Made by a program: the position numbers and the translations under genes. Shown piece by piece: positions 58,668-64,000 of a DNA stretch of 64,000 bases. Each line of letters begins with the position of its first letter. Position 1 is the stretch's first letter. The notes under the pieces were generated by a model. The model saw only the letters and a list, made by a program, of their open reading frames with translations, ran no database searches and was not told the DNA's origin. Source of the stretch: a virus; the IMG/VR virus record IMGVR_UViG_3300025168_000043, positions 1 through 64,000 of that record; one strand, 5' to 3'.

Positions 58668-59609
58668 ATGGCTTTTTTAGATAATTCGGGTGATATTATA
58701 CTCGACGCTGTATTGACTGATACTGGTCGCATGAGATTGGCTGCGGGAGATGGTAGTTTCAAGATTGTTAAGTTTGCGCTTGGCGATGATGAAATCAACT
58801 ACGAACTTTATAACAAAAACAACGCTAGCGGATCTGCTTATTATGATCTTGAGATTTTGCAATCGCCTGTATTGGAGGCTTTTACTGATAATGCTTCTTC
58901 TATGAAGTCTAAGCTTATATCAATCCCAAGAAATAACTTATTATATCTTCCAGTACTAGCTCTTAACGAAGTTTTTGATACAACAGCAACTGCTAAACAC
59001 TCTAGTGGGTTCTTCCTCGTCGCAGTTGATTCCGACACACAGACGGAGCTAGAGGCAAACTCCACCGGCACGTCAGTCGCTGGTGTTCTTTTTGGAGAGG
59101 ATCCTGCTGCAAATGGTAACCGCGTTCGCGTTGATCAAGGATTAAACACAACTGCCATATCCCCCGGCCGCACAATGCCACCAGTTCTACTGGAAACACA
59201 ATACCAAATCGAGATGGATAACAGGCTTGGCTTCATCGTTAGTCCTCAAATGGCTCAACCAGCCTCAGTGTCTTTTGTGGATGACGATAATATGGCAACA
59301 TATTATTTGTCTAGAGGTACTGATGCTGAATATGTACGCAACAATACTGACACTACTAACTCTTCAAATCAAGTTATTAAAGGTCCTCGCGGAACTTTTA
59401 TTGTTTTTAAAGTTAACTCGTCCTTGGAACTAAATACATCTGATTATTTGTTCGATACGATTGGGTCAACAGAAACCATTTCAACTTCGAAAACAGCTAG
59501 TCAAGAGTTTAAAACCATCAGATCAAATATTAGAATCACTGGAGTTAATACTGGATACCGTATCGACATTCCGGTTAAATTCTGCAAGAAACATGGATCA
59601 CCAATCTAA
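58668..59609 (+). CDS. Virion structural protein (baseplate/fibre attachment region)
   Basis: IILDAVLTDTGR..KFALGDDEINY; ACTATTTA at 58633-58640; GGAGAGG SD. Confidence 0.6.
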   Translation: MAFLDNSGDIILDAVLTDTGRMRLAAGDGSFKIVKFALGDDEINYELYNKNNASGSAYYDLEILQSPVLEAFTDNASSMKSKLISIPRNNLLYLPVLALNEVFDTTATAKHSSGFFLVAVDSDTQTELEANSTGTSVAGVLFGEDPAANGNRVRVDQGLNTTAISPGRTMPPVLLETQYQIEMDNRLGFIVSPQMAQPASVSFVDDDNMATYYLSRGTDAEYVRNNTDTTNSSNQVIKGPRGTFIVFKVNSSLELNTSDYLFDTIGSTETISTSKTASQEFKTIRSNIRITGVNTGYRIDIPVKFCKKHGSPI

Positions 59610-59625
59610 AGGATAAGGATTAATA

Positions 59626-60762
59626 ATGGCTACGACATTTAAAAACTTTCAGAGCAACGATTTAGCACAAACCAGAACCCTTCTCCACGAGGCAATCCCA
59701 ATCACAGGTTCTATTGTATCGGGTACTTACGCTGAAGATAATATTAAAACTTATGGGCACGGAATGTTTTCTAGTGTTTATGATTACCCTTTCTTAAGTT
59801 CTTCTGCTAACCATATATTTGATACATCTGTTGGGATCTCAGCAGATTCTACAATATTCGCTACACTTACAAGCCAACAAGATAAGAAAAAGAATATTTA
59901 TAATCAAATGGCTCAATATTTGGTGGGATATGATGATACTGGGTCGATTAAGAGATTCACGATTCCGGAGTCTTCCTCTGCCGGTCTCGCTGCCGGGATA
60001 GCCATGAATGATGTTTATTTTATTCCATTCGCTAGACTTCTATCAAAAGACGAGGTAAAGAAAGGTTCGTTTAACTTTGAAGTTGCAGTTAGTGCTAGTC
60101 ATGGTCATGGTGGCCAACTATTCCAAGAAAGAATCAAACTGACAGACCACTCTGGGTCTGATGGTTATTATGTTGATTCGCCTGCCGGCGAATACGGCAT
60201 TCTTTATGCTTCAACTTCGATTGGTAATGTATCCTTTGTTAATGGTGAAGATTCAACAACAGGTACGCAACCTCCCGCTGGCCTTATTTATTATCAAGCC
60301 GGAATAGCTGTTGTATCTGGTTCAATCTTTAATACTACTAACTCTGGTGGCTTGTTGCGAAACTTAGACGCTGCCTATTCTGTTATAAACGGCTGTGAAC
60401 TAGGCGCCGGCTTTAGCAGATCGGGATTTGCAGCAGTTACAGCTTCTACTATTGATACTATGAATACCGGATTAAGAAACAGAATATTTAATATTTCATT
60501 CAATAATACAACTGAGCTTAACTCAACAATTTACTTCTGTCGAGCAAGTCACACTGATTTTAACTATAGTTCAAATCCAACTTATCTAAGTGGAAGTGAA
60601 ATCAGGGTGAAAACGCGCCCATCTGATACGCCCGTTGCATACTTTACCTCTATTGGCTTGTACTCCGCAGACAACGAGTTGCTAGCAGTCGCCAAGTTGT
60701 CCGAGCCACTCCGTAAGGATCCCACGAATGAGTTAACACTCCGAGTGAGGCTTGACTACTAG
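59626..60762 (+). CDS. Virion structural protein with tail-collar-like C-terminus
   Basis: FNYSSNPTY, IGLYSADNELLAVAKLSEPLRK..RVRLDY. Confidence 0.6.
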   Translation: MATTFKNFQSNDLAQTRTLLHEAIPITGSIVSGTYAEDNIKTYGHGMFSSVYDYPFLSSSANHIFDTSVGISADSTIFATLTSQQDKKKNIYNQMAQYLVGYDDTGSIKRFTIPESSSAGLAAGIAMNDVYFIPFARLLSKDEVKKGSFNFEVAVSASHGHGGQLFQERIKLTDHSGSDGYYVDSPAGEYGILYASTSIGNVSFVNGEDSTTGTQPPAGLIYYQAGIAVVSGSIFNTTNSGGLLRNLDAAYSVINGCELGAGFSRSGFAAVTASTIDTMNTGLRNRIFNISFNNTTELNSTIYFCRASHTDFNYSSNPTYLSGSEIRVKTRPSDTPVAYFTSIGLYSADNELLAVAKLSEPLRKDPTNELTLRVRLDY

Positions 60763-60773
60763 GAGGTGCGAGT

Positions 60774-62066
60774 ATGCCTCTTTATAAGTTTGGGGCCGGG
60801 GATGTATTTTACAATCAGTTAAGAACATATCCCAGTAGCTCGTTTTATATATATTCGGGTAGCGTTTATTATCAAAACAAGTCAACCGAAGTGGGCTCCA
60901 CTGTTGCAAACGTCAATGGTGTCCCTATTGGCAACGTGAGCTTGTTTGAGCTTAATGTTGACCGCGCCGCAACCTCTACTGGCAGAATCATCGGTTTATC
61001 CTCATCTGTTGGTACACAAAACGTTGTGGATAACGGAACAATATATCCTTTCATAGAAAAAGGGTTATCCAAAGTAGGCTTCAAAGGTCTTACAAGAAAA
61101 CAGTTTATCAACGACTATGCCCAAGGCGACGTTATAACCGGCTCCTATTTTATGTCTTCCAGCATAACAAGAAGATTGTATGCCTCAACCGCTGGTTTTA
61201 ATGATACAAATAAAGACGGTGCTGCCTTGCGAAACAGTCTAGATTTTGCAAAACGATTAGGTCCGCACTATAACTTCCCATCGGGGTCTTCAGCAATTTT
61301 TACTAATGTTATTTATATCCCTTCTATTTTTTACGGATCAGAGATTAAGAAAGGCACTGTAGATCTTAAGTTTTATATCACAGGTACTCTTGTTGCCCAC
61401 TGCCGAGACTCAAGATATGACGGCGCCCTTATTATGCAAGGAGATGCTGATTCTGCTCACTCCACACGCGCAACTGATGGTTTGACAGTTGGGTGCGTAC
61501 TATATAACGAAGGCGCAATAATATTGACCAGTTCCGCCCGTATTTCGGATTTAGCATCTAGTCCAAATATTAAAGCATATTCTAATAGAACAAACACCAC
61601 AACGTCAGATGCAGGTGGAAAATATACTTGGGAGCATTTTGGCCTTGGCTTACCCCAAGGTAATGACACATCATTAGAGCGCCTAACTACGCAAGCCTTT
61701 TTACAAAGCGCATCCTTTGGTTTAGAGTTCGCAGGCACCCACAAAATCCCAACCGTCACAATGCTTGCCAATGCAAACCGAGGCGAGCTAAACTATACAA
61801 ATAATCCAACGTATATTGAGTTCGGCCAAACAACTTACAACCCAGTAACAAGTTCTACATTCTTTGGCGAACAGCAGTTGAATATCAAGAATATTCACTC
61901 TTCTTCCTATTCGGATCCTACTGGAAGCCTAAAGAAAACCACATATATTACAAAGATTGGTATTTACGATGATAAGAAAAAACTTATTGGTATTGCATCT
62001 GTTGCCAAGCCTGTCAAGAAAACTGAAGATAGAGACTTGACATTTAAAATAAAACTTGACATCTAA
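60774..62066 (+). CDS. Paralogous virion structural protein
   Basis: LNYTNNPTY, IGIYDDKKKLIGIASVAKPVKK..KIKLDI; same C-terminal domain as 59626. Confidence 0.6.
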   Translation: MPLYKFGAGDVFYNQLRTYPSSSFYIYSGSVYYQNKSTEVGSTVANVNGVPIGNVSLFELNVDRAATSTGRIIGLSSSVGTQNVVDNGTIYPFIEKGLSKVGFKGLTRKQFINDYAQGDVITGSYFMSSSITRRLYASTAGFNDTNKDGAALRNSLDFAKRLGPHYNFPSGSSAIFTNVIYIPSIFYGSEIKKGTVDLKFYITGTLVAHCRDSRYDGALIMQGDADSAHSTRATDGLTVGCVLYNEGAIILTSSARISDLASSPNIKAYSNRTNTTTSDAGGKYTWEHFGLGLPQGNDTSLERLTTQAFLQSASFGLEFAGTHKIPTVTMLANANRGELNYTNNPTYIEFGQTTYNPVTSSTFFGEQQLNIKNIHSSSYSDPTGSLKKTTYITKIGIYDDKKKLIGIASVAKPVKKTEDRDLTFKIKLDI

Positions 62067-62084
62067 ATATAATCGTGTTATAAT
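62056..62084 (+). promoter_or_regulatory. Sigma70-type promoter
   Basis: TTGACA-17 nt-TATAAT with extended -10 TG. Confidence 0.88.
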
Positions 62085-62089
62085 ATAGT

Positions 62090-62617
62090 ATGATACTTGG
62101 TTTAGACATTTCCACAAGCATTACTGGATACACTCTCCTAGACGGAGATAAGATAATCCTTAATGGTGCTTGGGACACAAGAAAATACAAAGACTTTTTT
62201 AAAAAGGTCGTTCATGTTAGGGACGGCCTTGAAATTATAAGGAAAGAATATGGAACACGGATTACAGCAGTTTACATCGAGCAGTCGCTCCAATCATTCA
62301 GGTCAGGGTTTTCGTCTGCAAAAACTCTCTCCACTCTTTCTCGTTTTAATGGCATCGTCTCTTGGTTGGTTTTTGATCAATACAAAATCACGCCTGAATA
62401 CCTCGCGGCTACGTCTGCCAGAAAACTTTGTGGCATCAAAGTTCCCCGAGGACAAAAGGCAAAACAAGTTGTTTTAAACTTTTTGGTTGACAACGAGCCT
62501 GCTTTCGTGTTAGAATATACTCGTAACGGTAATCCTAAGCCCGAGTGCTACGATAAAGCAGACTCAATAGTGATTGCCAAGGCGGGGGCCATATGCGAGC
62601 AGAAAAACTCAAAATAA
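62090..62617 (+). CDS. RuvC-like Holliday junction resolvase
   Basis: ILGLDIST, YIEQ, LSRFNG, DKADS. Confidence 0.8.
   Translation: MILGLDISTSITGYTLLDGDKIILNGAWDTRKYKDFFKKVVHVRDGLEIIRKEYGTRITAVYIEQSLQSFRSGFSSAKTLSTLSRFNGIVSWLVFDQYKITPEYLAATSARKLCGIKVPRGQKAKQVVLNFLVDNEPAFVLEYTRNGNPKPECYDKADSIVIAKAGAICEQKNSK
62487..62516 (+). promoter_or_regulatory. Possible sigma70 promoter for primase, inside the resolvase gene
   Basis: TTGACA-18 nt-TAGAAT with extended TG. Confidence 0.55.
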
Positions 62618-63522
62618 TAAAGAATGTTCTTGGACGAGGTTACCAGTCTGGTGATGAACACCTATTCGGCTGTCCGTTCTGTGGTCATCATAAGAAGAAG
62701 ATGTCCGTTAATGTGGACAAATCTGTGTTCAAGTGTTGGATTTGTGACAAGTCAGGCCGTGATCTAGGCTACATTGTCCGCAAGTTTGGAACCAGAGAAG
62801 ATCGTGACGAATGGTCCAAGTATGACGACCGTGTTGAGATCACAGATTTTGACTTCTTATTTGCGGAGCCTGAAGCCCCTTCTGAGCAACGCGTTGATTT
62901 ACCCGAGCAGTTAGTCAGCTTAACGGGCAAGACGCCTTCTGTGGCCTCACAGATAGCTTTAAACTACTTATCAAAGCGTGGGATCACAAGAGACGACATC
63001 CTCAAATGGAAAATCGGTTATTGTCCTGACGGAGAGTATGCTGGTCGTGTGGTGGTGCCATCGTTTAACGAGAACGGCTATGCAAACTATTTTATTGCAC
63101 GCTCATACGGCCAAGCTTGGCCAAGATACAAGAACCCACCTGCCTCCCGTGACATTATTTTCAATGAACTGTATGTAAATTGGGACGAGGACATAATTAT
63201 AGTAGAGGGCGTCTTTGATGCCATAAAGGCTGGTAATGCAATTCCTCTTCTTGGATCAACGCTTCGCGAGAACTCTGCTCTTTTTCAAACCATTGTTAAA
63301 AGTGGGAATAGGGTGTTTCTGGCTTTGGATGAAGATGCATCCAAAAAAGCACGCAGCATTGCTCGCTTATTACTCAAGTATGGGGTAGAAGTTGGCCAGA
63401 TAGATACATCTGGTGTCGAGGATGTCGGAGAGATGTCAAAAGAAGAATTTAAGCACAGGAAAAACAACGCGGCGATTATAGAGAAAGACAACTATTTATT
63501 GCAAAGGCTTTTTGCCGTTTAA
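62593..63522 (+). CDS. DNA primase (Zn finger + TOPRIM)
   Basis: CPFC..CWIC, YLSKRGI, RVVVP, YKNP, VEGVFDA, LDEDA, DVGE. Confidence 0.9.
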   Translation: MRAEKLKIIKNVLGRGYQSGDEHLFGCPFCGHHKKKMSVNVDKSVFKCWICDKSGRDLGYIVRKFGTREDRDEWSKYDDRVEITDFDFLFAEPEAPSEQRVDLPEQLVSLTGKTPSVASQIALNYLSKRGITRDDILKWKIGYCPDGEYAGRVVVPSFNENGYANYFIARSYGQAWPRYKNPPASRDIIFNELYVNWDEDIIIVEGVFDAIKAGNAIPLLGSTLRENSALFQTIVKSGNRVFLALDEDASKKARSIARLLLKYGVEVGQIDTSGVEDVGEMSKEEFKHRKNNAAIIEKDNYLLQRLFAV

Positions 63523-63534
63523 AGGAATAATGTT

Positions 63535-63789
63535 ATGAAAGTGACTCGGAAACAACTAAAACAGATTATCAAGGAAGAGTTAGAAGCTTCATTGGTGCAA
63601 GAAGCAGAAGGTGAGACGCCTCAAGATGTGGCTGATCGGCTCAAGAATATACCCGCCAGCTTTAGAATGAGTGTCCTAAACGACTTCCGCAACATGGCTG
63701 ATGGTGACACAGAGATGGCAGAGTTCTATCCTCACGTTAAAGATCTTGCTGCTTTCGGCAAAGAAGTGCTACGATTGTTGGGCGCGTAA
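63535..63789 (+). CDS. Small protein with QLKQIIKEE leader
   Basis: MKVTRKQLKQIIKEE; ACTATTTA at 63491-63498. Confidence 0.7.
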   Translation: MKVTRKQLKQIIKEELEASLVQEAEGETPQDVADRLKNIPASFRMSVLNDFRNMADGDTEMAEFYPHVKDLAAFGKEVLRLLGA

Positions 63790-63791
63790 AG

Positions 63792-64000
63792 ATGAAAACC
63801 ACCAGATCTCAGCTAAGACAAATCATCAAAGAAGAAATAAACAGTATGCTGAACCGGCCAAGAACCGCAGAGCAGTTTCTGAAAATGATCAAGTCTCAGT
63901 TCAGGCTCGCGGGAACACGAAAAACTCTTGAAACGATGGCTAAATACTATGACGCAATGATTAAAGCCGCAGCCGAAAGAGCACCACTCAAGCCCAGTGA
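63792..64000 (+). CDS. Protein with QLRQIIKEE leader (partial, absent from ORF track)
   Basis: MKTTRSQLRQIIKEEINSMLNRPRTAEQFLKMIK..., open to the window end. Confidence 0.75.
   Translation, partial: MKTTRSQLRQIIKEEINSMLNRPRTAEQFLKMIKSQFRLAGTRKTLETMAKYYDAMIKAAAERAPLKPS

Noticed and set aside
383-63491. Numerous minus-strand and nested short ORFs
   Set aside because: All overlap longer, tightly packed + strand genes and show no recognisable motifs.
63701-63931. 76-aa + strand ORF in the track
   Set aside because: Straddles two better-supported genes that share the QIIKEE leader.
1-64000. CRISPR array, IS elements, introns/inteins or stop-codon recoding
   Set aside because: No repeat-spacer pattern, transposase or splicing motif noticed by eye, and long ORFs are intact under the standard code.

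Overview
A 64 kb segment of a large, apparently lytic, contractile-tailed bacteriophage (jumbo-type myovirus). All credible genes lie on the + strand. Evidence for a phage: gp25- and gp6-like baseplate genes, a gp55-like sigma factor, PhoH, a RuvC-like resolvase, a TOPRIM primase, Shine-Dalgarno sites and near-consensus sigma70 promoters. Layout: (i) 1-8 kb accessory block with acidic putative head proteins, a Fis-like HTH protein, an unannotated Flp/Tad-type prepilin gene 7 nt upstream of a phage tmRNA, a cytidylyltransferase, PIN-PhoH, an HExxH protein and a Cas4-like nuclease; (ii) 8-25.8 kb, a 21-gene glycan island (GT4, GT4-GT2, GT25, GT29, GT10, sulfotransferase, NeuA-cupin, SIS isomerase, HAD phosphatase, two aminotransferases, C-methyltransferase, a mini pyruvate-kinase-like barrel, gmd, fcl, epimerase); (iii) 25.8-27.5 kb, regulators including the late sigma factor; (iv) 27.5-62 kb, a baseplate/tail module with 2351-aa and 3393-aa proteins; (v) 62-64 kb, resolvase, primase and small proteins sharing a 'QLxQIIKEE' leader. 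A recurrent ACTAYTTA motif marks probable late promoters. The most interesting candidates are the pilin-tmRNA unit and a possibly non-canonical ulosonic-acid pathway within the glycan island. All assignments come from motif recognition by eye; no database searches were run.
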